This document shows positions 9,522 through 20,111 of a stretch of 58,101 bases of DNA, piece after piece. The stretch is from an uncultured Acidobacteriaceae bacterium (GTDB taxonomy: Bacteria; Acidobacteriota; Terriglobia; Terriglobales; Acidobacteriaceae). The stretch spans positions 1-58,101 of the forward strand of contig CAXTRW010000002.1 of assembly GCA_964246765.1 (NCBI GenBank). Reading direction: 5' to 3'. Both the position numbers and the translations under genes were made by a program. The notes under the pieces were generated by a model. That model was not told the origin of the DNA, searched no databases, and saw only the letters and a list, made by a program, of their open reading frames with translations. How positions within the stretch are numbered: position 1 is the first letter of the stretch; each line of letters starts with the position of its first letter.

Positions 9522-12500
9522 TTGAACCATCGCATGCGGGCGCTCGCCCTCCCTGTTGTTTTCGTCGCTGCCGGCTCAGCCGCGGCAGTCGCTCAGTCCA
9601 CAGCCACACTCTCCGGCAACGTTTCCGACCCGTCCGGCGCGGTCGTGCCGCAGGCGCAGGTCACGGTCCACGGCCTGTCGACCGGCATCGACCGCAAGGT
9701 CACGTCGGATTCAGCGGGAAACTACAGCGTGCCCTCACTCCAGCCCGGGAACTACACCGTGCTGGTCAGCGCGCCCGGATTCGCGGACTACAAGCTCGCG
9801 AGCGTCACCCTCGAGGTCGACCAGAGCGTGACCGCGAACATCAAGCTCGGGCTCGCCTCCGCCGGGGAAAAGGTTGAGGTCCAGGGCGCAGCGCCGGTGA
9901 TCGACGCGCAAACCATCACCGTGGGCCAGGTGATCGGGCAGAAAACCGTGCAGGAAATTCCGCTCAACGGGCGCCACTTTCTTGACTTGACCAACCTGAC
10001 TCCAGGCACCGTGGTGCCGCCGGTTACCGGCTCGCTCACCTCGGCCAGCCGCGGCCTGGGCGCTAACTCCTTCGACACCGCCGGCCAAAGGGAAGATACC
10101 GTCAACTTCATGATCAACGGCATCAACCTGAACGATCTGAGCCAGAACCAGATCACGTTCCAACCATCGATCAACACCACGTCCGAGTTTAAGATTTCCA
10201 ACTCAACTTATTCGGCGGAGTACGGACGCTCTTCGGGCGCGATTGTCAATGTTGCCACCCGCTCCGGCGCCAACGAGTTTCACGGAGAGGCGTTCGACTA
10301 TCTCCGCAATAACTACTTCGACGCGCGCAATTACTTCAACCGCAAACCCGCGCGGCAAAATAAGTTCATTCGCAACGACTTCGGAGGCGCGTTTTCCGGG
10401 CCTATCTGGCGCGATCATACTTTCTTCTTCCTCAGCTACGAAGGCCTGCGCCAGCAGCAGGAGATCCTGTTCAACCAGCCGGTGCTGAACCCCGCGCAGC
10501 GGTTGGCGCTTTCCACAAGCCCGGCCGGACCCGGATACGCGCAACTGGCGAATCTGATCCCTGCCGGCAACAACGCGACCGGGACCGTCTACCAGGGTTC
10601 CGCGCCGGGACCGGTCAAGACCGACCAGTTCTCGGGCGACCTGTTCCACACCTTCAGCGCGGCTGACAATCTCCACGCCTACTACGCCTGGCAGCAGGAC
10701 GCGCGCACCGAGCCCAACTTACAGGGCAATACCATCTCAGGTTTCGGCGACCACCGCACCGCGCACCGGCAGATTGGCACCCTCAACGAGGTCCATATCT
10801 TCGGACCTGACATAGTCAACGAGGCGCGGCTCGGCTTCAATCGCATCACCATCGGGTTCAACCCGAACACCCCGGAAAATCCGCTCAACTTCGGCATCGA
10901 GAACGGCGTAAATTACAACAACGCGCTGCCCCAAATCACGGTACAGGACATAGGCCTGAACTTCGGCGGCCCGGCAGGGTTCCCACAGGGCCGCTATGAC
11001 ACCACCGGCGTCTTTTCCGACACGCTCTCGATCAACCGCGGCAAGAACACCGTCAAGGCCGGCGGCGACTTTATCCGGTTTGTCGGCGATTCGTTCTCGC
11101 AAACGCCCGGAACCCTTTCCTTCAGCACGACTGCGAACTTCATTGCCGGCATCGCGAGCGCTTTCAGCGTGACCCCGACGCAGGTGACCAGCCGTATCTT
11201 TGAAAACGCAGCTGGCGGGTTTGTCTCCGACAACTATAAGTTCACTGCGCGCTTTCAGGCGGAGCTCGGCTTCCGCTTTGAGTGGAATGGGACTCCTACC
11301 GACGGTGGCGGACGGTTGGTCAACTTCGACCAGGGCACGGCCGCGCTGGTTCGTACAAGCGCACCCTACAATCAGAACTACAACTACGAGCCCCGTGTGG
11401 GATTTATCTGGGACCTGCTCGGCAACACGGAAACCGTGCTGCGGGGCGGCTACGGCATCCTGGCCGATGAGCCGTCCATCGGGGTGGCCACCGGGCTTGC
11501 GGGCAACCCACCCAATGCTGCCCCGGTAACCCAGACCGGCGCGCTGCCGGTGGGCAATTTATATCGAAGCGCCGCAGCGGCTTCGCTTTCGCCCTCGGCG
11601 ACCAACCCGCTCTTTTCCAACGCCTACGCCGAAAGCTATAACTTAAATTTACAGCAGCAGCTCGGCGCGGGCGCGGTAATGGAGATCGGCTATATCGGCT
11701 CTGAAAACAAGCTCCTGCGATTCGTCCGAAACATCAACCCCCGCCTCCACCCCGCGGGCGCGCCCGCGGCGGGCGTTCGCCCGTACCGGACGGTGAATCC
11801 GGCGAGCGGCATCCGCCCCGGCGCCGGACTCGGCAATATCGCCTATACCGACTCCGACGGGTTTTCTAACTATAACGCGCTGTGGTTTACGGTTCGCAAA
11901 GCGCTCGCGCATGGCATCGAGCTGAATTCAAGTTATACGTGGTCTAAGTCGCAGGATATCAACTCGCTCGGCTCACAGGGCGGCTATGTGCTGCAGGATA
12001 ACTACAACCCGCGCGGCAACTATGGCTTGTCGGACTTTGACGCGCGCAATCACTTTGTATTTTCCGGCATTTGGAACCTGCCATTCCACGGCAATCGCTT
12101 TGCCGAGGGCTGGCTGCTCGCGAACATCACCCAGTTGCAAAGCGGCAATCCCCTCAACGTTGTGACCAACAATTCAACCTACAACGGCACGGCTGGGACG
12201 ATCCGCCCTATGCTGGTCGGTCGGTACTCGACCGGTCGCCGCACCACGCTTGCGAATGGCAATGTTCCTTTCATCCAAGGGTCAGCCTGCGCCACCCCGG
12301 CAGCCGGCTGCACGTTCTATGTGCAGCCCGCGGGCTTCGCCTCTCTGCGGCGCAACGCGCTGACCGGTCCCGGTTTCGCGGACACGGACCTGTCGCTTGA
12401 GAAAACCACGAAGCTGGCGGAGCAAACCGCGCTTGTTCTGCGCCTCGACGCGTTCGACCTGCTCAACCATACCAACTTCGGCAACCCCAACCTAACCGCC

Positions 12501-12608
12501 ACGGGCGCGGCGACCAGCACGTTCGGGCAGATCTCGTCGACACGCACCGCGGTCGGCGACGCGGGCTCGTCACGGCAACTGCAGTTCGCGATGAGGTTTG
12601 AGTTTTAA
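9522..12608 (+). CDS. TonB-dependent receptor, Oar-like, with carboxypeptidase regulatory-like N-domain
   Basis: GNVSDPSGAVVP, IPLNGRHFLDL, SAEYGRSSGA, C-terminal RQLQFAMRFEF; start TTG 9522 (GGAGG upstream) or ATG 9534. Confidence 0.93.
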   Translation: MNHRMRALALPVVFVAAGSAAAVAQSTATLSGNVSDPSGAVVPQAQVTVHGLSTGIDRKVTSDSAGNYSVPSLQPGNYTVLVSAPGFADYKLASVTLEVDQSVTANIKLGLASAGEKVEVQGAAPVIDAQTITVGQVIGQKTVQEIPLNGRHFLDLTNLTPGTVVPPVTGSLTSASRGLGANSFDTAGQREDTVNFMINGINLNDLSQNQITFQPSINTTSEFKISNSTYSAEYGRSSGAIVNVATRSGANEFHGEAFDYLRNNYFDARNYFNRKPARQNKFIRNDFGGAFSGPIWRDHTFFFLSYEGLRQQQEILFNQPVLNPAQRLALSTSPAGPGYAQLANLIPAGNNATGTVYQGSAPGPVKTDQFSGDLFHTFSAADNLHAYYAWQQDARTEPNLQGNTISGFGDHRTAHRQIGTLNEVHIFGPDIVNEARLGFNRITIGFNPNTPENPLNFGIENGVNYNNALPQITVQDIGLNFGGPAGFPQGRYDTTGVFSDTLSINRGKNTVKAGGDFIRFVGDSFSQTPGTLSFSTTANFIAGIASAFSVTPTQVTSRIFENAAGGFVSDNYKFTARFQAELGFRFEWNGTPTDGGGRLVNFDQGTAALVRTSAPYNQNYNYEPRVGFIWDLLGNTETVLRGGYGILADEPSIGVATGLAGNPPNAAPVTQTGALPVGNLYRSAAAASLSPSATNPLFSNAYAESYNLNLQQQLGAGAVMEIGYIGSENKLLRFVRNINPRLHPAGAPAAGVRPYRTVNPASGIRPGAGLGNIAYTDSDGFSNYNALWFTVRKALAHGIELNSSYTWSKSQDINSLGSQGGYVLQDNYNPRGNYGLSDFDARNHFVFSGIWNLPFHGNRFAEGWLLANITQLQSGNPLNVVTNNSTYNGTAGTIRPMLVGRYSTGRRTTLANGNVPFIQGSACATPAAGCTFYVQPAGFASLRRNALTGPGFADTDLSLEKTTKLAEQTALVLRLDAFDLLNHTNFGNPNLTATGAATSTFGQISSTRTAVGDAGSSRQLQFAMRFEF

Positions 12609-12720
12609 GGCAGTTCTCGTATGAGTTTTGAGGGAGAGATTTGTGAGATTGTGCTTTTCCCGCAGGAAAGGCCACTTCCAGCGATGCTGGCCGCTCTCCG
12701 TGTGTACGAGAACTGCCCTA
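12606..12720 (-). mobile_element. MITE-like repeat, copy 1 (inverted relative to copies 2 and 3)
   Basis: Ends TAAGGCAGTTCTCGTA...TACGAGAACTGCCCTA; reverse complement aligns end to end with 31743-31858 and 48064-48179. Confidence 0.85.
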
Positions 12721-12969
12721 GCGGTAAACTTCGCGCCGGTGGCCGACGGCAATAACCACGATCCTGCCGACGCCTCTGCGAAAGCGCAGCCTGTAACTGC
12801 CTACGCGAAGCCGGTATTGGGGAGGATGGAAGGCCTGTAATCGGCTTACATCCCCCTCGCCCGTCAGCCGGTAATCGGCTAGCGCTCGCAGAATGCGCAT
12901 CGCGGTGAGCTGGTCGATCGCGCGAAGCTCTGCCTTTGCTTCTTCCGACCAGACAATCATCTCTCCCAT
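12718..12969 (-). CDS. RelE/ParE family toxin
   Basis: IVWSEEAKAEL, GDVSRL, YRLRVGSYRL, VGHRREVYR. Confidence 0.92.
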   Translation of the reverse strand: MGEMIVWSEEAKAELRAIDQLTAMRILRALADYRLTGEGDVSRLQAFHPPQYRLRVGSYRLRFRRGVGRIVVIAVGHRREVYR

Positions 12970-13280
12970 CAGCTGCTGACTTCCTGGCCGTTTTCGAGAG
13001 GGACACGTCCCATTCGATCGAAATCTTCCTCGGTTAGGCCGTACTCGGCCAGTACCTCTCGGTTCGAGATCGGTTCATGTGTCTCCAACCAGAGAATTGA
13101 CTCGGCGGCCGCGCGCTCCTCTTCCTCGCTGGTCGGTTCATCGTCCGTCGGCGCATTGGCAAGGCTGCGCTCAAACGGGTCGAGCATTACTTCAAGCAAG
13201 GGAACTAGCGCTGCGATCTGTTCCGGCTTCATTACATCGATGATTGCGTGTGCGTGCTGCCTGGGTTCCGTGTTCTGCAT
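12969..13280 (-). CDS. Cognate antitoxin of the RelE-like toxin
   Basis: Acidic 103 aa protein (APTDDEPTSEEE...ISNREVLAEYGL); TGATG overlap with the toxin start. Confidence 0.8.
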   Translation of the reverse strand: MQNTEPRQHAHAIIDVMKPEQIAALVPLLEVMLDPFERSLANAPTDDEPTSEEEERAAAESILWLETHEPISNREVLAEYGLTEEDFDRMGRVPLENGQEVSS

Positions 13281-13301
13281 AATAGTTCCTCCCGTATAAG
13301 A

Positions 13302-14321
13302 TTAGACCTCCTCCAGCTTACGAGCACGCTCGCGGGCGATCTCATCCAGCTGCCTGCGCCAGTCGAGCGTGTCGAGAAAACCGCGTTTCTCGCGCCAGTT
13401 TTCTTCGACAATGATGTGCAGCTGCAGGAACACGCGCGTGCCCAGCAGCTGCTCGATTTCCTTGCGGGCGGAGGCGCCGATCGCTTTCAGCTTTGTGCCG
13501 CCTTTGCCGATCAGGATCGCCTTTTGCCCTTCGCGCTCGCAGTAAATGGCGGCGGCGATGCGGGTTAGCGGCAGCTTGTCCGACGGCTCCGGTTTGCGCG
13601 CGGGCGCGGGCGGTTCTTCCCACTGTTCAATCACCACCGCGCTGGCATACGGAATCTCTTCGCCGGTCTCCATCAGGATGCGCTCGCGGATCAGCTCGGC
13701 GGCCAAAAACCGCTCCGGCTGGTCAGTGAACTGGTCCTTGGGAAAGTGCCGCTCCCCCTGGGGCAGATACTCGACCAGCTTTTCGACCAATAACTCAAGC
13801 CCATCCCGTTTGCGCGCGGACAGCAAGAGCACTTCCTTGAACGGGTGCAGCGCAGTCAACTCAGAGATCATCGGCAGCAGTTTTTCGCGCGGCACTAAGT
13901 CGATTTTGTTGATCAGCAGAAACACCGGGCAATCCAGCTTGCGAATCAGCTCGAAAACAAAGGCGTCCTCGCTCGCGTCTTTCGCCGAGCGGGCTTCTGC
14001 CGCGGGCAGTTCCAAACGGCGCGAGGCATCCACCATCACCATGACCACGTCCCGGCTTTCCAGCGCATCGTAGACCACCTGCATCATCTGTTTGTCGAGC
14101 AGGGTGCTGGGCTTGTGTACGCCGGGCGTGTCCACAAACACGATCTGCGCGGCGGAGTGCTTACCTTTGCGCGCGGGGACGTCGACTATGCCGTGAATGC
14201 GGGTGCGCGTGGTTTGCGGCTTGCTCGTGACAATCGCGACCTTCTCGCCCGTAAGCGCGTTTACAAGCGTCGACTTACCCGCATTGGGGCGGCCCAGGAT
14301 GGAGACAAATCCACTTTTCAC
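13302..14321 (-). CDS. era: GTPase Era
   Basis: GRPNAGKSTL, KPQTTR, DTPG, NKID, KH domain with ILIGKGG. Confidence 0.98.
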   Translation of the reverse strand: MKSGFVSILGRPNAGKSTLVNALTGEKVAIVTSKPQTTRTRIHGIVDVPARKGKHSAAQIVFVDTPGVHKPSTLLDKQMMQVVYDALESRDVVMVMVDASRRLELPAAEARSAKDASEDAFVFELIRKLDCPVFLLINKIDLVPREKLLPMISELTALHPFKEVLLLSARKRDGLELLVEKLVEYLPQGERHFPKDQFTDQPERFLAAELIRERILMETGEEIPYASAVVIEQWEEPPAPARKPEPSDKLPLTRIAAAIYCEREGQKAILIGKGGTKLKAIGASARKEIEQLLGTRVFLQLHIIVEENWREKRGFLDTLDWRRQLDEIARERARKLEEV

Positions 14322-14335
14322 TTATGACTTTCCTT

Positions 14336-15610
14336 TCAAGCAGCGGCGCCGGCGCGCGACACGCGCATCCGTTCGATGCGGCGGTCGGTGGAGGCGAGGA
14401 TTTCGAACCGCAGCCCGTTGTCCTCGACCACCTCGCCAGGCATGGGAATGCGGCCCGCGGTTTCGCTCACCAGACCCGCGACCGTGGTCGCTTCGTAGTC
14501 CTCGGGTGCTTCCCATTGACCGCCCAGCAGGTCCTCGAGCTCGGCCACTTCCAGGTCGCCCGGCACGCTCCAGACCCCGGTTCCCTCCGCGCGCACAGCT
14601 TCCCGGTCCTCGCCTTCATGCTCATCGGCGATGGTACCGACAATCTCCTCGACCAGATCCTCGATCGTCACCAGGCCGGCGACCCCGCCGTACTCGTCGA
14701 TCACGATGTTCATGTGCTGCTTTTCCCGTTGCATTTCGCGCAACGCGTCGCTGGCGCGCTTGGTTTCAGGCGTAAACGTCGCGGTCCGCGCGATGGAGCC
14801 TACCGTGCGGGTCTGCGCTTCCACGTCGGTGATCTGCAAAGTGTCGTGCGCGTGCACGATGCCGGTGATCGCGTCGAGTGAGCCGGAAAAGACCGGAACC
14901 CGCGAGAATGGGTGGCTGTGGAGCATGCTCAGCAGTTGCTCGATCGTGATCTCCTCAGGGACCGCGAAGACGCGCGGGCGCGGGGTCATGACTTCGCGCA
15001 CCACCTTGTCGCCGAACTCCACAGCGGAGCGGATCAGCTGGTGGTCTCCTTCCTCCAGAATGCCCTCCTCCTGGCCCGCTTCGATCAGCGCGTTCACCGC
15101 GGCGGCCCCGTTCGCGTCCTCTTCCTCCTGCGTGGCGGGCTCGCTCGCAAAGGCAATGATCGAGAGCAGAAACGTGATTACCAGGGTGACCGGCAGAAAC
15201 GCCGAGAACAGCAACCGCAGCGGCCAAACGAACGCAAGCAGCCATGTGCCGCGGGTGCGCGTAAAAAACAGGTACGGCAGTAGCCGGTTGAAGATCACGA
15301 TGGCAAGCACCACCGCGCATCCCGCCTCGGCGACCTCAGCGCCGGTGGGCGCCCCTTGGCGAAACAGCAGAACTGCGACCAGCAGCGCAAAGCCGGCAAG
15401 CGCAAGTTGGGAGAGCACGGCAGAAGACAGCGCGATGCGGTCGCGGCTGAAGCCGAGGCGCGGCTCGATACGCTCTTCCCAAACGTCGATGTTTTCCTGA
15501 AAATCGCGCGAAAGAAACTTGCCCATCTCGGAGTAGAGCCGGTCGATATAGGAGGCAAGCGTAAGCACTGCGAGCAGCAGCAGGCAAACCGTAGGGGCGA
15601 GCCAGTTCAT
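14336..15610 (-). CDS. HlyC/CorC (CNNM-CBS) family transporter
   Basis: N-terminal TM helices, VREVMTPR, FSRVPV, IDEYGGVAGLVTIEDLVEEIVG. Confidence 0.93.
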   Translation of the reverse strand: MNWLAPTVCLLLLAVLTLASYIDRLYSEMGKFLSRDFQENIDVWEERIEPRLGFSRDRIALSSAVLSQLALAGFALLVAVLLFRQGAPTGAEVAEAGCAVVLAIVIFNRLLPYLFFTRTRGTWLLAFVWPLRLLFSAFLPVTLVITFLLSIIAFASEPATQEEEDANGAAAVNALIEAGQEEGILEEGDHQLIRSAVEFGDKVVREVMTPRPRVFAVPEEITIEQLLSMLHSHPFSRVPVFSGSLDAITGIVHAHDTLQITDVEAQTRTVGSIARTATFTPETKRASDALREMQREKQHMNIVIDEYGGVAGLVTIEDLVEEIVGTIADEHEGEDREAVRAEGTGVWSVPGDLEVAELEDLLGGQWEAPEDYEATTVAGLVSETAGRIPMPGEVVEDNGLRFEILASTDRRIERMRVSRAGAAA

Positions 15611-16083
15611 CGCGGCGCGGCCTTTGCCGATGGTCTGCTCGCGGCGCGGTCAATCAGGCCGGGCGGCAGCGCGAAGCGCTCGCGCAGCAGGCGCTCGCGC
15701 CGGGCCATCGCGCCACCATCCTGCTCGTGGTCCCACCCGGCCAGGTGCAGCAGCCCGTGCAGCAGCAGGATTTCTACCTCTTCGAGCAGAGAGTGCCCGA
15801 ACTCCCCAGCTTGCCGGCCGGCGATTTCAACGGAGACGGCCAGATCGCCCGCCAGCTGCGGCCCTGGCCCGCCCCCGGCCGCGGGGAAGGAAAGCACATC
15901 GGTGGGCTTGTTTTTGCGCCGGAAGCTACGGTTGAGCTGTTGCATTTCTGCGTCTGTGGTGAGCAGGACCGAAACTTCGCCCTCCAGCGGTATCGCCGCG
16001 CAAGCCTCGCGCAAAAAGCGCCCCAGCTCCCGCTTGGGAAGCGCGCCGCGCGTTATACGGACCTCGGGTGCGATCGCAATCAT
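15607..16083 (-). CDS. ybeY: rRNA maturation RNase YbeY
   Basis: PTDVLSFP and HGLLHLAGWDH. Confidence 0.96.
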   Translation of the reverse strand: MIAIAPEVRITRGALPKRELGRFLREACAAIPLEGEVSVLLTTDAEMQQLNRSFRRKNKPTDVLSFPAAGGGPGPQLAGDLAVSVEIAGRQAGEFGHSLLEEVEILLLHGLLHLAGWDHEQDGGAMARRERLLRERFALPPGLIDRAASRPSAKAAPR

Positions 16084-16177
16084 GATGCCGGCCCCACTCG
16101 CGGCCCGTTTGCTTCTCCCTTACTCCCAAACACGAACAGGAGAGCGATGCTCTCCTGTCGCCACCATCATATCTCAC

Positions 16178-17197
16178 TTATTGCGGTGTACTCCGGCGCG
16201 CTTCCGCTCCGGGCTCACCGCTCATGCCGAGCGGCATCTGCTCGGCGCGGCCGAAGTGGTCGTAGGCGCGGATGATGCGCTGCACCAAGTGATGGCGCAC
16301 CACGTCGCCCTCCTCAAAGTGAATAAACCGGATACCGTCGGTGCCGGACAGGATCTGGATCGCCTCCACCAGGCCTGAGCGGCGCGGGTTCGGCAAGTCG
16401 ATCTGGGTCACGTCACCGGTGATGACGGCCTTGGAGTTGTTGCCGAGCCGGGTTAAAAACATCTTCATCTGCTCGGACGTAGTGTTTTGCGCCTCGTCCA
16501 TGATGATGAACGCGTCGTTCAGCGTACGACCGCGCATAAACGCGAGCGGCGCGACTTCGATGATGCTTTTCTCGATCATTTTGTCGACGCGCTCGGGCTC
16601 GAGCAGGTCGTACAGCGCGTCGTACAGCGGCCGCAGGTACGGGTCGATCTTCTCCTGGAGCGAGCCGGGCAGGAACCCGAGCCGTTCGCCCGCCTCCACC
16701 GCCGGCCGGACCAGGATGATGCGGCTGACCTTTTTCGCGAGCAGGGCGGCAGCGGCCATGGCGACGGCTAAATAGGTTTTGCCGGTACCGGCCGGGCCGA
16801 TGCCGAAGGTCATATCGTTCTGCTCGATCGCCTCAACATAGCAGCGCTGGTTGATAGAGCGAGGCTGCACGATGCGCTTGACGCCCCCCGCGGACCGTTT
16901 GCTGCCGGCCTCGATGAGCGACCGCAGCGTAACCGAGGGGTCAGTAACTACCAGCTTAAGCAGCGCGTTGAGCTCGCCGTTGTGGGGGTGCACTCCCCGC
17001 TGCCGCAGGTGCTCAAAGTCTGCAAAAATACCTTGGATCCGCTCGATCGCGGGCTCGAGTCCGGTGACGTGGACCGCATCGGGGTCGAGCTCGATGCGGA
17101 CCTGGAGCTCACGCTCCATCAGCTTGAGATTTTCATCGCGGGTCCCGAAAAGGGGCTCAAGGTTGGGCGTGAGGTCGAGCGCTTTGGTGGTCATCAA
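16178..17197 (-). CDS. phoH: PhoH family ATPase (YbeZ-like)
   Basis: [38 protein letters not shown]. Confidence 0.96.
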   Translation of the reverse strand: MMTTKALDLTPNLEPLFGTRDENLKLMERELQVRIELDPDAVHVTGLEPAIERIQGIFADFEHLRQRGVHPHNGELNALLKLVVTDPSVTLRSLIEAGSKRSAGGVKRIVQPRSINQRCYVEAIEQNDMTFGIGPAGTGKTYLAVAMAAAALLAKKVSRIILVRPAVEAGERLGFLPGSLQEKIDPYLRPLYDALYDLLEPERVDKMIEKSIIEVAPLAFMRGRTLNDAFIIMDEAQNTTSEQMKMFLTRLGNNSKAVITGDVTQIDLPNPRRSGLVEAIQILSGTDGIRFIHFEEGDVVRHHLVQRIIRAYDHFGRAEQMPLGMSGEPGAEARRSTPQ

Positions 17198-17531
17198 TGG
17201 GCGAATGGGCCTCCTGCCGTCAGCCGTGTCCCAGCGGCCGTACGGATTGGATGATGAAGTTCAGGATGTGGGAGCAGCGTGGGCCCCGAGGCCTGTGGAG
17301 CAGGCTGAAACACGGGGCCGGGGCTGCAACGAGGGTCGATGCGAGGAGAGTAGCGCCGGGATGCGCGCTCGTCAATGGGTGCCGTGTGAAATCGCGGTGA
17401 CGATGGTGTTACAGGGGAAAAGTGGCGGTTTGCGCGGCCGCATCTCTGTGGAAAACGCAGCCAACATCTGCGCCGCGCCTCCACTCTTACTCCACAAGGG
17501 CGGTCGCTAACCGCCGCAAAGAGGTTCCCCT

Positions 17532-18047
17532 ATGGGTTTTCTGACACCGAACGATGTTCAGGATTTTCGCTCGCTTTATACGCTGCAACTCCGTTACCTG
17601 CTTTCGGCGGAGAACCAGATCGTGGACGGGCTTAACAGCATGATCAAGGCCGCGCAGGACGACCAGCTCAAGCAGGCCTTTAAGTCTCACCAACAGGAAA
17701 CGCAGCAGCAGGCGCAGCGCCTGGAGCAGATGATCGGCGACCTGGACGGCAAAGTCGACGACAAAAAGTGCGCGGTGACGGCGGCGCTGATCGCGGCCGG
17801 CGCGAATCTGATCAGCGAATCGAAGGAAGGCCCGGTGCGGGATGCGGGGCTGATTGCGGCGGGGCAGAAGATCGAGCACTTCGAGATAGCCTCATACGGT
17901 TCGGCACGCGATTGGGCCAACATTCTTAGCCTGCCGCGGCATGCCGAGATGCTCCAGAAGACGCTGAACGAGGAAAAGCACGCAAACGAACTGCTGAACC
18001 AGATCTCTCAGCGGATGAACCCGCAGGCAGCCAGCGCGGCGGCATAG
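17532..18047 (+). CDS. YciE/YciF ferritin-like protein (DUF892)
   Basis: AENQI, HQQET, QKIEHFEIASYGS, TLNEEK. Confidence 0.92.
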   Translation: MGFLTPNDVQDFRSLYTLQLRYLLSAENQIVDGLNSMIKAAQDDQLKQAFKSHQQETQQQAQRLEQMIGDLDGKVDDKKCAVTAALIAAGANLISESKEGPVRDAGLIAAGQKIEHFEIASYGSARDWANILSLPRHAEMLQKTLNEEKHANELLNQISQRMNPQAASAAA

Positions 18048-18066
18048 TCGATTACCGTGGCAGAGG

Positions 18067-18094
18067 AGGGTGGCCTAAGCGGTCACCCTTTCTT
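18067..18094 (+). terminator. Probable intrinsic terminator after the ferritin-like gene
   Basis: AGGGTGGCC-TAAGC-GGTCACCCT followed by TTCTT. Confidence 0.6.
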
Positions 18095-18142
18095 ACGCGG
18101 GCGATTCGCCTGTCTCCGGGCAAATGCTTCAGTGTGAAACGC

Positions 18143-18171
18143 TTGACCGCAGCCCGGCGCTCGCCTACACT
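18143..18171 (+). promoter_or_regulatory. sigma70 promoter of rpsT
   Basis: TTGACC-17 nt-TACACT. Confidence 0.75.
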
Positions 18172-18224
18172 CTAGGTTTGCGGGCCCGGTGCGCCGGGCT
18201 TCGCTGATAAGGACATCGAAAAGA

Positions 18225-18503
18225 ATGGCAAATCATGTATCCGCGCTGAAGCGCGTTCGGCAGACCAAGCGTAAAACCGCGGTAAACCGCGCGAACAAAA
18301 GCCGTATTCGCGGTAGCCTGCGCTTGTTGCGCGAGGCGCTTCAGAAGCGCGACGCCGCGGCTGCCGCAGAGCAGTATCGCGCGACGGTTTCCGCGCTTGA
18401 TAAGAGCGTACAGAAGGGTATCCTGCACAAGAACACAGCCTCGCGGTACAAGAGCCGCCTGAATGCGCGGGTGAAGGCCTTGGCCGCTCCGGCTGCTGCT
18501 TAA
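18225..18503 (+). CDS. rpsT: 30S ribosomal protein S20
   Basis: [13 protein letters not shown]...[16 protein letters not shown]. Confidence 0.98.
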   Translation: MANHVSALKRVRQTKRKTAVNRANKSRIRGSLRLLREALQKRDAAAAAEQYRATVSALDKSVQKGILHKNTASRYKSRLNARVKALAAPAAA

Positions 18504-18518
18504 GCCTTTCCAGCCGTG

Positions 18519-18546
18519 AAAAGCCGGGGTCGAGTGCCCCGGCTTT
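18519..18546. terminator. Bidirectional terminator between rpsT and mrp
   Basis: AAAAGCCGGGG-TCGAGTG-CCCCGGCTTT between convergent genes. Confidence 0.75.
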
Positions 18547-18557
18547 GCCATGCCCGG

Positions 18558-19388
18558 CTACTGGATTTCAAACACATCTTCGCCCCGGCCTTCCAGTTGT
18601 GCGGCGCGTTCGGCAACCGCGCGGGCGAGTGAGAAAAACTCGCCCGCAAACGGCGCGTCCGGACCTCCGGCGGCCACGGGCGCGCCACGGTCGCCGCCCT
18701 CTCGGATTGCCGGCGCCAACTCGATCGAGCCCAGAAACGGCACTTTGAACTGCTCGGCTGTCCGTTTCGCACCCCCTTTCGAGAAAATGTCGATCTCGTG
18801 GTGACAGTGCGGGCAGGTGAAGTGGCTCATGTTCTCAATGACGCCCAACACCTCCACATTGACCTGGCCGAACATCTCAATGGCCTTTCGGGCGTCCTGG
18901 AGCGCGACGTCGGAGGGAGTGGACACCACCACCGCGCCGGTGAGCGGGACGGTTTGCACCAACGAGATAACGACGTCGCCAGTCCCTGGAGGCAGGTCCA
19001 CCAGCAGGAAGTCCAAGGGGCCCCACTCGACCTGCTGCAGAAACTGGCGGATGATTTGGGGCAGCATGGGGCCGCGCATCACCATTGGCTTGTCGCCCGG
19101 CGAGATGAGCCCGACCGAGATGAGCTTGACGCCGTGGGCCAGGTTGGGCTGGATTTGGTTGTTGGTCCCAACCCGAGGCTGGGCTGTACTGCCGAACATG
19201 AGCGGCACGTTGGGACCGTAAATATCGGCGTCGATTAAACCGACGCGCTGGTCCAACGCAGCGAGCGCGATGGCGAGATTGGCGGCAACCGTGGTTTTCC
19301 CCACGCCCCCCTTGCCCGAACCGATCGCGACGATGTGGCGGATACCGGGCAGCGCGACCGGGCCTTGCGGGGTGTTTCCATGTGCCAT
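18558..19388 (-). CDS. mrp: Mrp/NBP35 (ApbC) Fe-S carrier ATPase
   Basis: SGKGGVGKTT, DADIYGP, DLPPGTGD, ENMS..CPHC. Confidence 0.96.
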   Translation of the reverse strand: MAHGNTPQGPVALPGIRHIVAIGSGKGGVGKTTVAANLAIALAALDQRVGLIDADIYGPNVPLMFGSTAQPRVGTNNQIQPNLAHGVKLISVGLISPGDKPMVMRGPMLPQIIRQFLQQVEWGPLDFLLVDLPPGTGDVVISLVQTVPLTGAVVVSTPSDVALQDARKAIEMFGQVNVEVLGVIENMSHFTCPHCHHEIDIFSKGGAKRTAEQFKVPFLGSIELAPAIREGGDRGAPVAAGGPDAPFAGEFFSLARAVAERAAQLEGRGEDVFEIQ

Positions 19389-19417
19389 TTTGGGTGGTCC
19401 TTTCTGGGAAAACAGGT

Positions 19418-19945
19418 TCAGGGCAGCGGCGAAACCTTGCCGGCCGCGCGTCTGCGGGACAGCTCGGCTTGGCGCAGTTCGCGTCGGCGACCGGCGTCCT
19501 CGAACCGGCGAAGATCCTCCGCGTCGTCCACAGACAGCTGCGGAATGGGCTTGGGAACGCCGGCCTCGGTGACTGCTACAAAGGTTAGATACGCGGAAGC
19601 GACGTGACGGCGCGAGCCTTCCAGGGCATTTTCAGCCCACACCTTTACGCCGACCTCCATGGAGGTGCGGTACGCGCGGTTGACGTGCGACTTTAGGATC
19701 AGCAGCTCACCGACGTGGACCGGGGCGATGAAGTCGATGTGGTCCATCGACGCGGTCACCACGTGCGACCGGGCATGGCGGAAGGCGGCCATGGCGGCGA
19801 CTAGGTCGATGAAGTGCATCAGGCGTCCGCCCAGCAGGTTGCCCAGGATGTTGGCGTCGTTCGGGAGCACCAGTTCGGTCATCTCCGAGCGCGACGCCTG
19901 CGCCGGACGCGAGGCAGCGTAAAAAGTGGGCGGCGAGGCGGCCAT
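19418..19945 (-). CDS. Acyl-CoA thioesterase (hotdog fold)
   Basis: VLPNDANILGNLLGG, TSMEVGVKV, SAYLTFVAV. Confidence 0.93.
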   Translation of the reverse strand: MAASPPTFYAASRPAQASRSEMTELVLPNDANILGNLLGGRLMHFIDLVAAMAAFRHARSHVVTASMDHIDFIAPVHVGELLILKSHVNRAYRTSMEVGVKVWAENALEGSRRHVASAYLTFVAVTEAGVPKPIPQLSVDDAEDLRRFEDAGRRRELRQAELSRRRAAGKVSPLP

Positions 19946-20111
19946 GGGCGGGTCCTTTCGTGTCACGAACTTGCGAGCCGCGCGCCGACAAGGCCCGCGC
20001 ATAGAATGGAAAGAACTAGTTTCAGCGCTCGCAAGTGTTTCCGCAACTGAGGGTTTCCTGCTTCCCCGCAGTTTGAATCTAGAACAGTGGACTGAAGGGA
20101 AGGGTTTGCAG

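Noticed and set aside
17194-17484. 96-aa ORF or structured RNA upstream of phoH
   Set aside because: P/R-rich composition typical of spurious GC-rich ORFs; no riboswitch or ncRNA motif that I can recognise.
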